Of a DNA stretch of 64,000 nt, positions 50,087 through 63,273 are shown piece after piece. Numbering within the stretch: position 1 is the stretch's first letter; every line of letters begins with the position of its first letter. Under the pieces are notes generated by a model, which saw nothing but the letters and a program-made list of their open reading frames with translations, ran no database searches and had not been told where the DNA came from. The translations under genes were made by a program, and so were the position numbers. This DNA is from Basidiobolus meristosporus CBS 931.73. Lineage: Eukaryota > Fungi > Basidiobolomycota. The DNA lies in assembly GCA_002104905.1 (NCBI GenBank), contig MCFE01000177.1, positions 62,001 through 126,000 on the forward strand. The letters run 5' to 3'.

Positions 50087-52356
50087 TTAGATCCCTCTTT
50101 CCACGAATGACTGCAGGATACCTTCGACAGTGGCTGGGTACTCTCTGAGCTCGACCGAGTCGCCGACTAGCACCGTGTTGGCCTGGACGAACAGCTTACG
50201 GGGCTGCTTGTGAGAGATGACGATGTCACGGAGGGACTTCCACTCGTCGGGGACCCGGGTCATCTCAGCATACAACGCGGAGCCGGCCTCGAAGTCGGCC
50301 GTAGCCTTGTAGATCTGGAGCTTCTGGAGGAATGCGTGCATCGCCGGCATTCCCACCGAGTGAATCTTGCTGCGATCCAGGGTGATCACGGCGTCGGTAT
50401 TGTCTGCGTTGCGCTCGATCTTCACGAAGTCCTCCCCAGCCTCGAGGAGCACGCGCATGATGGCGTATCGGGCCATCATGTGGGCTTGGCCCCATTTCTT
50501 CGCGGTAGGATCGTAGAACTCCAAGCCGAGTAGACCGGCACGGGCCATGGACAACCATCCGATGTACATGATGTCGTCGGCAAGTCCGACGTCGTGGCTA
50601 GAGTCGGTGTGGCCGAACACCTCAAGCGCCTCCTTGTCGGTGGAAAGGAAGAGGGCGACCGATTCGGCACGGCACTCCTCGTATGACGAGGAGATGTTTT
50701 TGAACACGGATCCCCATGTTTGGCCTGGCTTGTACCAACTGGTGATGGGCTTCTTGGTGACCGGGGACACAGGAGGATTGCTCTGATCGAAGTTGAATTT
50801 CCCAGGCTCCTGCTCGGCGAGCAACTTGCCGGAGCCGTGGCCGAGCAACTCGTGGAGACCCACTTGAACCTCGAACGCGGGGCCCTTAAGTTTCTCGAAG
50901 AGGGCACGGTCTTGTTCGTTCAAGAATGGGTACTTCTCGCTAGGGGCCTTGGCGTTCAGGATGTTACCAAGACTAACATTCTTGAAGCCATAGGTCTGTC
51001 GGATGTCGTCATAGTTGGGGATGTTGATGCCTAAATCACCCCGGAGACTATTAATATCTCCAAACATGCGAGGCGGATTAGTGGCCACTTACCGGCAGGA
51101 ATGCCCCCGGTGGCAAAGGACATCACCTCCAAGGATGTGAAATCAGGCTTGTTGAACTTGTCCTTCTCGAACTCGACTCCCCTGGGAACAGAAACGGTAC
51201 TCAGTCAGCGGAGAGGGGTTGGGGAGAGATGGACGGCAGACACTTACCAAGGCAACTTCGAGATGAATTTCTCGGCGTTGTCGACGAGGACACCGAATTT
51301 CTTGGTGCGATCCTTATTCACCATAGCAACGAAGCCTTCCCACTCGGCACGGATACCAGCGGGGTCGCGATAGGTCTCGATGAAGCCAATGTTAGACTCC
51401 ACGGTAGGCCCGATGTCCTTGATCCAGAACTTCTGGGACTCCTTGTGTGCCTCAATGGAGCCAGTGGTGAAGCTCTCTGCGTACTTCTCCAACATCTGGC
51501 GCTGGTTGTCGTTGGCAGCATACTTGATAGCGGCCTGGATTTCGTCGGCGACCTTACGCATGGTCTCGTGGTAATCACCGTAGGTGATCTTCACGGACTT
51601 GCCCTCGGGAGTCTTGTGGACTTGGGGCTCCTTTTGCTGCGCGGAGGCGATCCTCACCTCAAACTCTGAGTCGGAAATCTTGAACAATCTACAAAGCCGC
51701 GGTTAGCACGGTATTCAGAATGCCCTCCTCCATCCCCAACCAAAGGCCTACCTGGTGTTGAGAGAGTCCACATCGATGGACTCAAGGTATCTCTGCACCT
51801 CCAGAATGTCCTTCTTCGCCACATTCTCCGAGTAGTAGTTCGACACGTGTCCGTCGTCCACGTATCCAAGTAAGTTCTTCGACTCGGGGGTGACGGAGTA
51901 GATGTTCTGTCGGACGGCCTCGAACAGCTCAGTCACCTTCTGGTTGGCCTTGGCTTTCACAATGGCCTCCAGGTCAGCTTCGGAGACGCGAGGGATAAAT
52001 TTGGTGTCGCCAAAGGATTTGTAGTTGGCCAGGTTGGAGAGGAATTGGCCCGCGTACTGAAGCCAGTGCTGGAAGGCCTCCTCACCGACTCCACTGGCAG
52101 CACGCAACTTCTCCAAATCCACCAGCTTTCCAGTGCTCTCTTCCTTGAACAAGGACACGATGAAGTCGAAGATCGTCTCGCTCTCCTTGGTTGTCTGGTT
52201 AAGCAACGCACGAGCGCCGTACCAACTGGCTCTGCTGATGTGGTGGGCATAGTGCTTCTCTTGTTCGTTCAAAAGCTCAAAGTGAGGGCGAATCTCCAGC
52301 TGGCAGACTGGGGCGTTTAGGTCAGCGTAGTATTGAGATTCCTTACTTGTGGTCAT
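50087..52356 (-). CDS. DPP3: Dipeptidyl peptidase III (M49); exons 52356-51752, 51688-51248, 51181-51093, 51030-50087 (692 aa)
   Basis: Catalytic HELLGH and EECRAE motifs. GIPAG|INIPNYDDIRQ..GFKNVSLGN is restored by splicing. Three GT-AG introns of 63, 66 and 62 bp. Spliced length 2079 nt. Confidence 0.97.
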
Positions 52357-54899
52357 GTTGGGTGGAGACAAAGGGAGGTTGTAAGTGGCTCAGTTGCGAA
52401 GACACTCGCTTATATCCAGGCCCATGACGAAATCTCTTACGAATGATGAAACCTAACTGTGCTACACTAATCAATGTTGGAAGACGAGGTTCTATTGGCC
52501 AAAAATGGCAAGCCTCGATTGTTCGCATCGCTTCGTAGGTTGGATTGAATGCTGAGGAGCCCGCAACCCAACCCTGGGGTTGGTGAAGATGGCTCCATTG
52601 ATTCCAAATTCCCATGCATCCTTCGCATCCTACCAACATGGTAATACCATTGGCCAAAAATAGCGTTTTTTCGCGCTTGGTTTAGCTCCAATCATCGAGA
52701 TCAGCTTCAGCAAAGGCCCGTTCTGGGATTAGCTTACGGAATTGTCTAATCATTTCTCCCATGTTTTGATCGCAATACCTGTCAATTCGAGGGGCATTTG
52801 TGAGGACTATCCCCTGATTCCTGGCGACAGACATAGTCATCTGGAAAGTGCAATTATCGTCGGTTTCACCTCATTTGATCTAGTTTATGCGTGCTACCGT
52901 GATGCTGAACCTAACAATACCAAACTTGACTTGATTCGCACTTTGACATTTGATATTGACGCTGTAACAATTGCACCACCTTTGTCTCGCTAAATGAAGT
53001 CCAGTGGGTTGCTGATGATGGTGCACACTCGGTTGAATTGATTATCCTTGCGCCCAAGCAGCCTACTGATGTAAAGGGTATTATTCAGATGACCTTCTCC
53101 AGAAGAAGCAGAGGAAGCGTGAAAATGGGTGTCTTCATAATCATTGCTGTGATACTACGCTGACTACGAAGCTCCTAGCCAAGAATGTGATTCTCATCGA
53201 TCATCGGATGGCTCCACGCTAGCTGCCATAGGGTTGGATGCTGGTCGGGTTAGCAGTTCAACGCGCCCAGCTACATGGCACCTACTTGGGTCTAGTTGGT
53301 TGCTTATGACTGGGCAGGTGATCAACTACGCTTTCACTGGTATTTTGACTGGGAAGATTTCGACAACTGTATCCAAAGATGGAGTTTTTGGGATTCTTCG
53401 GGAAACCGTTTCAATGCTTATTCTTATTTCCGAAAAGTTATGCGGAGTATGGAATGTCACCAATTCTCCACCATTCTTTAGAGTAGCACAGGTGGAGACT
53501 GTTCAGTGCTGTGGAATATGGCATAAGAAGTAACGGCTGCGTGACACGGCGGCTAAATGATTTTCCGCTGAAGATAGGTCAAAGCGAAAAAGGTGTTCTT
53601 TGGTTGCTGAAATCAATTACATAATTAACAATATTAGTAATAGACTCTAGGTATGTTATTAATGCTCTGTGCTTATATCTGGCCAATTAGCAAAAATCAC
53701 CCGGATTTTAATCACGCTATATATTTTCTTACGTAATGGATTATCTGCAATATACAATTGGTAATATCTCAAATATGCTCCAGGGTTTTCAAATATTGGA
53801 TAGTTTCTTCACATTGCATGCCCTCTATATGTGCTACAGTTAGTTGATTCAACTTCAGGATTCCTCATTTCATCCAAACTTCTACTTGGCCAAGTCATGG
53901 ATATTACCAACTATAATACAAGAACTTATCCATAAAATGCTTACTTGTGCAGATTATTTAATTATGTAGGTGTAATCCCAGAGAGGATATACTTCTACTA
54001 CAACATGATAGGCATTTGAGGCTGCAACAGATGCTTGCATGGCATTGAGTTGTGGAAATCTAGTGATTGTACTTCTATACTATTATCACTTATGTTGGTT
54101 AGTTTGTAGCTCATGCACATACCATTTGCAGCTTATATTCATTGTTGGAAATAGCTTAGATTAGCAGCAATGATGCTCAATAGGTGATGCATATCAGATA
54201 TTTAGAAATTATCCAACAATTATTGCAAATTTCTCAAATATACTTGAATGCTCACCAAACACCATCATTAAGACTTTGTCTTACTAATCTTAGATACTTC
54301 ATATGACATCTTTTGTTGGAATTAATTTTAGATATATCAGTAGTATAGTTAGCACCTTGATGTGGGCACTCTCAAAGTGGCCCATGAAGCCCTAAGCTAT
54401 GTATATATATTCTTGTGGCCTTCTGGGTATATTCCGCATGCTTGTATTGCCAAGAGCAGTTATACCACATTTATTTTGAGTATATCATCAAATGAAAACC
54501 TCAGAGTGTACTTGTTCTCCATATCACACTTAATTCCTCCAAAATTTTGCCCCTAGCTATGAGCATTGAGCTGTGACTTCCTACATTGCCTATTACTGCT
54601 TCAACTGGTATACTTCCAACTACTCAAAAGCTGGCTATATATTCCTATGAGAAATTATTGTGATGGTCCCTTCAAGGGGACATCTCAAAGCTCAATTCCC
54701 ATGACTCAGAGTTATTGATGGTGCAGGTCATTGTGCAAGAGCTGCTGAAACAAGAATTGCACCTCAGATTTCACTAAAAACATGGTATAAAATTTTCATC
54801 ACAACAATTCCTAAGTTGCAATTAATTGGTTCTCTTTCATTTCTCTCACATACTAATCCTGGACACTGATTCACCTACAATTGTGTACATTGAATGACT

Positions 54900-55400
54900 A
54901 TTGCCTCTGTCTCACACTACTACTTTCCACATCAGCTGGTACTATTACTTTTCATGCAAAGAAATTAGTAAAATTCTGTGAATCTTCCATTTTAACTAAA
55001 TTGTAAATTGTGCTGACCTTTTAAGTCCCTATACCCAACACTACTTTTAAGCCCAATCTCACACTCAATTATTGGCTCCATTGAAAGTTTCTGTTCAACA
55101 TGTGTTTCTGCTGCAACATTGTTGCCCATGGCTTTGGCATGAACTCTGTATATGTAAGCCATTATTTGTTCACTGGTTCCCATATATGATATGCTTTAGC
55201 TGGCACTGCAAGATCTATCACTTCATATGCTGGTTAGTGTAATAAATGCTTGCAATACTCAAGTGTGTTTTCTTTTGCACTGCTGTTGAAGAAGCACTGC
55301 AACCAATAGGTGATCCTATTGATGCTCCACAATTCCACTGTAGGAACTGTAATTGTTCCCAATTTCTTGACATTATTGCTTTGCCAGTCAGTGAGATCTC
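54900..55400 (-). mobile_element. Further decayed copy of the CACTA-associated second ORF
   Basis: 55200-55400 resembles 2500-2760 and 21500-21590. Confidence 0.45.
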
Positions 55401-55747
55401 TGTTGTAAAATAGATAATTCTACTTGAATATTTGCTTAACTTAGTCACTTAGATCATTATGTGAAAATCTTAGTGAATACTGACAAAATTCCTTGTTAGG
55501 ACTTACATGGAATATTTTCACCAAATATCAGGTACCCAGAACACAAAAATTTGATAAGTTGGCCAGTTAGCCCCAAGCTTTGCACACATGTTATTGGGAT
55601 ATTCCTCAATCTATTTTACATGTTTGTTGTGCCAAAATTATGAAAAAGTACAAGTACCACTTTTATATTCAATAAATCATCAAGTGAACACCACAAAATC
55701 TACTAGTTCTCCCAATCATTGCTAATATCTCCAAGACTCTTACAACA
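55401..55747 (+). repeat. Copia B LTR with decayed PBS/leader, at a deletion junction
   Basis: tgttgtaaaa...ttacaaca followed by ggctataatccccaagctgtcactc, then an abrupt switch to transposase sequence. Confidence 0.85.
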
Positions 55748-55772
55748 GGCTATAATCCCCAAGCTGTCACTC

Positions 55773-56326
55773 AATAATGGAGGCTTTGAGTACTTACTTC
55801 AACTTCCTGCCTACTTCATATTGGGATGCAATCTACCATGTGCATGGTACATATGGACAACCATCATGCAGCTGGCAACATATAACCCAGAGACTATCCT
55901 GATACCTGCATGTGTTAATAGTTGCCTGGCATGCATATCCAAAAGTGCTACACATGGAAGGTATCCTACTTATTAGGAGCCCACTTCCTCAGAGGAAAAA
56001 ATTTTTCACATTCTGGTTGGATTCCAAGGATACCCCATCTAAAGAAGCTGATGCAGTCCAACTAATATTGTGAAGCTATAAAAAAATGTACTCATCATCA
56101 ATCAGACCCAAACATTTTGCTCAACAATAAAGCAAGGGCTATTTTGAAGGTTTGTGTTGCCATGCCTTGCCTTGGTACTGATGGTATCTCATTTACCAAG
56201 TACTCTGCTGGCAAATCTTGTTGGCCACTGATCCTCATCAACCCAAATCTGCTGCCAGTCTCACAGTATCAGAGCAGAAGTGCAATAGTAGTCTCACTGA
56301 TATCTGTTCCTAAGTCACCTTCTATG
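55773..56326 (+). pseudogene. Second CACTA/EnSpm-type transposase fragment
   Basis: Translates to CLGTDGISFTKYSAGKSCWPLILINPNLLPVSQYQSRSAIVVSLISVPKSPS (family pattern TDG...S.WP....NLPP..R...PGPK.P). Paralogous to 24420-24720 plus 25460-25710. Confidence 0.75.
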
Positions 56327-59300
56327 TGTTGTAAAAATTTGTATTTCCACCTAAATATTCACCTAACTTAGTCACTTAGATCATCACCTTCCAATCCTAG
56401 AGAATACTGACCAAATTCCTTGTCGGGATTTACTTAGAATATTTTCACCAAAATACCAGGTACCCAGAACATGAAAATTCTCAAAGTTGTCCAAACAGCC
56501 CCAAACTTTGCACACATGTTCTTGGGACCTTCCTTAGCCTATTCTACGTGTTTGTTATGCCAAGACCAGGTAAAAGTATAAACACTACTTTTACATTCAA
56601 TAAATCATTAAGTGAAAACCACATAATCTACTTGTCCTCCCAATCACTTCCAATATCTCCAAGACTCTTACAACAGATTATGAGCCCCAAGCTGTCACTC
56701 TCTGCAATGTCTACTACTGCTATTACTGGAATTTTTCCCTCTGCTGAAAAGTTGGATGGCTCTAACTACCAAGTGTGGAAGGTGAAGATGAAGATGCTGC
56801 TACAAGAAAGAGGCCTTTGGGATATTGTCATGGGAGAAGAATGCCCTCCTAAAAACGTGGGAGAGGAAGCCTTAAAGTACCAGAAGAAAGAACAAAGTGC
56901 CTTTAACTGCATTTGCCTTAATGTCAAGGACAAATTGCTAATTCAATGCTCAAGAGCAAAAACGGCAAAGAATGCCTGGAAGGCATTAGAAGACACCTAC
57001 CAGTCATGTTCAGCTGCCAAGAAAATGTATCTGAGAAGAAAATTCTTTACTACAAAGATGCTGCCAGGAGAAGAAATGAAAAATCTAATTAACAGAATTA
57101 CCCTGCTGGTAGATGAGATGGACTCTGTGGGCGTACCAACTACTGATGAGGATGTGATAGTTACCATCCTGAATAGCCTGACAGACAAGTTTCAGGGCCT
57201 TGTATCAGCCCTAGAGTCCAGAACTGAAGATTTGACCTTAAATTACGTATATGGAAGGCTCCTGGATGAAGAATTAAGAAAATCAAGCGCCAATAAGAAG
57301 GAAGAAGAAAATGCTTTAATAAGCAATGATAACCAACAAAGGAGGTACCCAAGACCCTACAAAGGCAACAACAACCTATTTTGCAACTACTGCAAAAGGA
57401 AAGGACACACATCGGACCGGTGTTTCAAAAAGAGAGATTATCAGCAAAAGAAGCCTGAATATGGAAATGCTGCAACAACTGAAGATAGACTATTCATATC
57501 TGCACTAAATATGACCACAAACAAGGATTCTCAGATGTGGTATATTGACTCTGGAGCTTCTCAACACTTTACACACCAAAAAGAACTTTTTACCCAATAT
57601 CAAGAAATTCCAATTAAGAAGGTTTTCATGGGTGACAATGGAACACTTGATGCAGTTGGAGAAGGAACTATCTAAGTAAACCTTAGAAGCAGTGAAGGAA
57701 GCCATACACTGACCTTTAAAGAAGTACTCTATGTACCAGAAATAGCCAAGAACCTACTCTCTGTAAGCAAGGCCACAGCAGAAGGACTCAGTTTCAGTTT
57801 TGACAATTCTGGATGCAGGATCACTGATCAAAATGGTGCCCATATTGCTTTGGGCATCAGAGATCAGAATCTATACAAGTTGACTTATATTCCATCATAT
57901 CTGGAAGCCAATATAAGTAACTTAAATGAAGAAACACCAATGCTTTGGCACAGGAGATTTGGACACATCAATTTTGATTATTTGTGTAAAATGATCAAAG
58001 ATCAGCTAATTTCTGGAGTGAAAATTGATCCCCCAGCTAATTTGGAGCACTGTGAAGCCTGCATATATGGGAAACAAGCCAGACAACCGTTCAAGAGCTC
58101 TGGGTTAATCAAAACTAAGAAAAAATTAGATCTAATTCACTCAGATCTGTGTGGACCTATGCAAAATTTATCCTTAGGCGGGATGAAGTATTTAATCACT
58201 TTTATTGATGATTATACAATATACACATGGGTCTACTTCATGGAGAGAAAGGAAGAAGCTCTGTCTAAGTTCAGGGAGTTTAAAGCCATGGTGGAGAGAG
58301 AAACTGGTGAAAAAATCAAGAAAATACGCTCTGACAATGGTGGAGAATATACCTCAAAACTCTTCATCCACTTCTGCAAAATTCATGGGATAAAGCAAGA
58401 GACTACTGTACCATACTCCCCACAGCAAAATGGAGTAGCAGAACGAGCTAACAGATCAATAATTGATATGGCAAGATCTATGATCCATGATCAAAAATTA
58501 TCCTATGATTTTTGGGTGGAATCAGTTGCCACTGCTGTATACCTTAAAAATAGGAGTTATAACAGAATACTTTGTGATTCTACTCCATTTGAAGCATGGT
58601 ATGGATACAGACCAAGTGCAGAACATCTAAGAATATTTGGGTGTACAGCATATGCCAAAAAACTGGCCAGAAATCAGTCAAAATTTGAGCCAAAAAGTGT
58701 AAAATGCATATTTTTGGGCTACTGCAATGAGAGTAAGGCATACAGACTCTACAATACCAAAGCAAAGAAGCTGATCAAGTCCAGGGATGTGTTGTTTGAT
58801 GAAAATTTAAAATTTTCACAAAAAATGACATCAGATGATGACAAAAATTTGATCTCAAGTCCACCAATTGTCAGGATTGAATCAGAGCAAAACAATGAAA
58901 ATTTTTTCACTCCAGAGGACTCTACAACCGTGGTTCAGCCAGAATCAGTGCCCAGGAATATTCCAGAAGTGATCATTCCAGTATCAAATGCCCGGAGACC
59001 AAATTGGACAAGAAATAGCCCAAATTACTATATCAATGAGGGTACAAACTTAGCCTATGCCTATTCAGTCCATATTGATGAGCCCCAGACTGTAAAAGAG
59101 GCCCTAAATAGCCCTCAGACAAAGTTTTGGAGATCTGCAATGACTGAGGAATATCAGGCCCTGATGGAAAATTAAACTTGGGACTTAGTCAAATTACCAA
59201 TCAACCGAAAATCAATTGGATGCAGATGGGTCTTCAAGACAAAATACAAGGCTGATGGTACAATTGAAAGATACAAAGCAAGACTTGTGGCCAAAGGATA

Positions 59301-61011
59301 CTCTCAAACAAAAGGACTTGACTATACTGAGACCTTTGCACCGGTAGCCAAGTTTAATTCCATCAGATTAATATTGGCTATTGCAGCCAAATATAAGTTT
59401 TTTATTCATCAAATGGATGTAAAAACTGCATTTTTGAATGGAGAACTTGAAGAGGATGTGTATATGAACCAGCCTGATGGGTTTGTTGACCAAGATAACC
59501 CCCATTTGGTCTGCAAGCTTAAAAAGTCACTATATGGTCTCAAACAATCACCGAGAGCCTGGAATTGCAAGATAGATTCTTATTTGGAATCTTTGAGTTT
59601 CAAAAGGAGTAATGCTGACTATAGTATATACTATAAGCCAGATAGAGCAAATCCAGTTCTATTAGCTCTATATGTGGATGATCTTATTATAGCCGCCAAT
59701 AACCTAGAAACATTGGAAGAGACTAAATCCAGCCTATCTAAGGAGTTCAAGATGTCCGATCTAGGAGAACTTAGTTACTACTTAGGGATTAAGTTCTCCA
59801 TAGACAGAAGTACCCAGACTATTACCCTAAGCCAATTCAAGTATATTCAAGATATACTAAAGAAGTACAAAATGGAAGACTGTAAGCCGGCAGCTACCCC
59901 AATGGAGACAAACCTTAACTTGGTCAAAACTCAACCAAATCAAGAGAGCTTGGTGCCATCTGAAAGCCCTGACTTTCCTTATCAATCTATGGTCGGCAGT
60001 CTGATGTATATCATGCTTGGAACACGTCCAGATATCTCATATTCAGTGGGAGTTGTCAGCCAACATAATCAGAATTATGGATCTGATCATATTGCAGCAG
60101 TTAAGCGGATTTTTAGATACCTACAAGGAACTGCTGATATCTGCTTAAGATACACTTATAATGATTCAGAACAGGATCTTGTGGGATACTCTGATGCTGA
60201 TTGGGGACGAAATTTGGAAGACAGAAGATCCACCACAGGATACACCTTTCTTTACTGTAAAGGAGCAATTTCATGGAATTCAAGAAAGCAACCAACCGTA
60301 GCACTTTCTACTACAGAGGCAGAGTATATGGCAGCCTGTGAAGCTACAAAAGAAGCAATGTGGTTAAGAAAACTCTTTACAGATTTAGGCCTATGTCAAA
60401 AAACGCCTATTACTTTATTTCAAGATAATCAAGGATGTATACAATTAGGTAGAAATCCAACTTTTCATGCTAGAACCAAGCACATAGATATTAGACATCA
60501 TTTCATACGTGAAGCTATAGAGAGTACCTTAGTTAGCTTAGTTTACTGTCCTACAGATGAAATGATTGCAGACATATTTACCAAACCATTAGCTAGAGAC
60601 AAGTTTGAATATCTTAGGTCAAAATTAGGACTAGTCAGTATGAGCATTTAGCTGAGTGGGAGTGTTGTAAAAATTTGTATTTCCACCTAAATATTCACCT
60701 AACTTAGTCACTTAGATCATCACCTTCAAATCCTAGAGAATACTGACCAAATTCCTTGTCGGGATTTACTTAGAATATTTTCACCAAAATACCAGGTACC
60801 CAGAACATGAAAATTCTCAAAGTTGTCCAAACAGCCCCAAACTTTGCACACATGTTCTTGGGACCTTCCTTAACCTATTCTACGTGTTTGTAATGCCAAG
60901 ACCAGGTAAAAGTATAAATACCACTTTTACATTCAATAAATCATTAAGTGAAAACCACATAATCTACTTGTTCTCCCAATCACTTCCAATATCTCCAAGA
61001 CTCATACAACA
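56327..61011 (+). mobile_element. Ty1/Copia family B, near-intact element
   Basis: 349-bp LTRs 56327-56675 and 60663-61011 (7 differences). PBS gattatgagcccc. PPT gagtgggag. Flanks CTATG / GAAAA do not form a TSD. Confidence 0.96.
56707..60651 (+). pseudogene. Copia B gag-pol, single frame with two premature TAA stops (57673-57675, 59173-59175)
   Basis: ORFs 56548, 57850 and 59287 share one frame. Motifs CNYCKRKGHTSDRC, WYIDSGAS, HSDLCGP, SDNGGEY, LYVDD and ADIFTK. Confidence 0.95.
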
Positions 61012-61950
61012 GAAAATTCCAGTATTAGCAATTGTAGACATTGCAAAGAGTGACAGTGTGGGGCTCATAACCTGATGTAAAAGCCTTGGAGATATAGGTT
61101 TAGGAAGGTCCCAAGAAAATGGGTGCAAAGTTTGGGGCTATTTGGACAACTTGGAGGATATTGTGATATGGGTACCTGGTATTTTGGTGAAAATATTCCA
61201 AGTAAATCCTAACAAGAAATTTGGTCAGTGTTCTCTAAGACTTTTAGATAATGATCTAAGTGACCAAGTTAGATGAATAATTAGGCGGAATGACAATTAT
61301 TTATAACACAGGCCTCAGAAGTAATGAAGACCAATACAAACTTCCCCTTGAGGAAGTACTCCATATACCAGATGTAACCAAATACCTCCTATCTGTAAGC
61401 AAGGCCACAGGAGAAGAATTCTAACTCAGTTTTGACAATGTGAATGCATTACCAACAATCAAAATGGTGCCCATACATGCTCTGGGTGCCAGTGATCAGA
61501 GTCTATACCAGCTAAATTATATTCCATTATATCTGGCAGTCAATATAAGCAGCTTAAATGAACAACTACCAATGCCTTGGCACAGGTGATTCTGACACCT
61601 CAATCTGATCTGTTTGAGCAAAATGGCCAGATATTGGCTAACTTCCAAAGCTGTATATCTTAAAGGTAGGAGTTATTGCAGAATACTTTATGATTCTACT
61701 CCATTGAGGCATGGTATGGATGTAAACCAAGTGCAGTGCACCCAAGAATATTTGGTTGCATGGCATATTCCAAGAAGCTGCCCAGAAATCAGTCTAAATT
61801 TGGGCCCGGGAGTGTAAGATGCTTTTTTTTTTAGGGCAACTGCAATGAGAGTAAAGCATGCAGACTCTACAATACCAAAGAAAAGAAGCTGATCAAGCTC
61901 AGGGATGTGTTGTTTGATGAATATTCAAAACTTCACAAAAAGTGACATAA
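61012..61950. mobile_element. Copia B debris: inverted leader, PBS and internally deleted LTR (61012-61308, -), then scrambled pol fragments (+)
   Basis: 61061-61072 is the reverse complement of GGTTATGAGCCC. 61073-61308 is a reversed LTR. 61320-61950 matches pieces of 57680-58820. Confidence 0.85.
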
Positions 61951-61968
61951 GCCAGAAGATTCAAGTGT

Positions 61969-61974
61969 TTTATT
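61969..61974 (-). terminator. Putative polyadenylation signal AATAAA of the stand-alone gag gene
   Basis: AATAAA on the minus strand about 300 nt after the stop codon, at the edge of the CpG-rich segment. Confidence 0.4.
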
Positions 61975-62273
61975 TCGCTCACCACATACAACATCACCTA
62001 TTGTGAGTACCACTCGTTGGGTGAGCCTACTTCAATTGCATTCACGTAAGTTGAGATCATTTGGATAAAATACTGCGGTTGGTAAAGCGGGGGAATTTCG
62101 ATTTTGGGCTTGAGGCTTCCGTGTCAACTCATGTCATCAGTGTCTGCAGAGGTAGCCCCTGTTGTGGGTAGTCGTCGACTTGGGGTGGTTTTCTCATACG
62201 CGACCAGCAATTTGATTCAATGCTTAGGCAGATTGCATGTATGTACTTCAGGTGGTGTTGTCGATCATCTCAG

Positions 62274-63050
62274 TTACTCGGCCATTGTCGAATTATCAGT
62301 AGTATCTTTGGTGGGGACCAGCTTAAAATATGGGCAATTCTGGATGATATGATCCGTTCTCCGGCATCCCAAGCAGCGGCGTGGTTGTCTGAAAGGGGGT
62401 TTCCAGGCTGTGTTCTCGTTTGGTAAAGTCTTCCGAAGTATCTCTGCCACCTCCACTTCCATTTTATTCACCCTCTTGGTCAGGGCCTCAATTTCCAAGT
62501 ACCGGGGTTTCGGGGTAGTGGTGGCTAAGCTGAAATGCCTTCCATTTCTTATCATGTCATATTGCTCTTCCTCCTCGGCATAAGCAATAGCTTCATCCAT
62601 AGTTGCGGGTTTACATCTGCGCACCTCTAATCTAATCCTTGGATTAAGTACACCCAAAAAGATCTGGACCCTCTCTTGCTCATCATTATATTCTAGTTGA
62701 GAGAGTAGCCGCACTACTTGTGTGGCAACCTCCGATACTGCTTTCTCATCCTGTCGTAGAGAGCGAAGAGTTTGTCTCCAAGTATCGATTCGGGCGGCGG
62801 TAACATATCTCTCCTTGAATCGTTCTTTAAAGGTCGGCCAGTCCGTTAGCTCCGATTCGCGGGCTTCAAACCAGATAGCTGCCGAGTCTCTCATATAGGC
62901 TCCGGCAATCATTGGTAGCTCCTCAAATCTCCAATGGTTGACACGTTGACCGATCTCGCATTGTTTCAGCCAGCCTATAGGGTCCTCTTCGACATTCCCA
63001 GAGAAATTTCGAACTGTAAACAGACATATTCCATTGGTCGTTGTAGTCAT
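62274..63050 (-). CDS. Stand-alone Ty3/Gypsy-type Gag (capsid plus CCHC zinc knuckle), 258 aa, candidate domesticated gene
   Basis: Pattern FSG...EDP..WL / A..YM.D.A..W / W..FK.RF / L..LRQ / F...L...IR.EV....P.TMDEAI..A, and C-terminal CLGCRRTDHIIQNC (CX2CX4HX4C). Uninterrupted ORF, CpG-rich. Confidence 0.85.
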   Translation of the reverse strand: MTTTTNGICLFTVRNFSGNVEEDPIGWLKQCEIGQRVNHWRFEELPMIAGAYMRDSAAIWFEARESELTDWPTFKERFKERYVTAARIDTWRQTLRSLRQDEKAVSEVATQVVRLLSQLEYNDEQERVQIFLGVLNPRIRLEVRRCKPATMDEAIAYAEEEEQYDMIRNGRHFSLATTTPKPRYLEIEALTKRVNKMEVEVAEILRKTLPNENTAWKPPFRQPRRCLGCRRTDHIIQNCPYFKLVPTKDTTDNSTMAE

Positions 63051-63265
63051 AGTAGGCAGAAATCCTTCGTTTTAGGTAGGCTTACTTGATAAAGGGCACC
63101 GGCTGCAGGCAGCAAATCTGCAATCACTAATAAGCAGATGTTCTCACTAGAACGTCAGGGTACAGATCGTGAGGCTAGTGGTAGATTCGGGGAAGTAAGA
63201 AGGAATTATCTCTGGCACTACTTCCTGGGGGCTATATTCTGCCCTTCGTTCATTCATCTTGTGGT

Positions 63266-63273
63266 TATTTATA
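63266..63273 (-). promoter_or_regulatory. Putative TATA box (TATAAATA) upstream of the stand-alone gag
   Basis: About 215 bp upstream of ATG 63050 on the minus strand. Confidence 0.45.

Noticed and set aside
50087-52371. Numerous overlapping antisense and alternate-frame ORFs across DPP3, and likewise across the deacetylase gene
   Set aside because: Expected shadows of GC-rich codon usage. No independent motifs.
56548-56706. N-terminal extension of the Copia B ORF (MFVMPRPGK...) and similar short ORFs at 40750 and 60884
   Set aside because: These are read-through of LTR sequence from a GTG or TTG start. The likely start is ATG 56707, downstream of the PBS.
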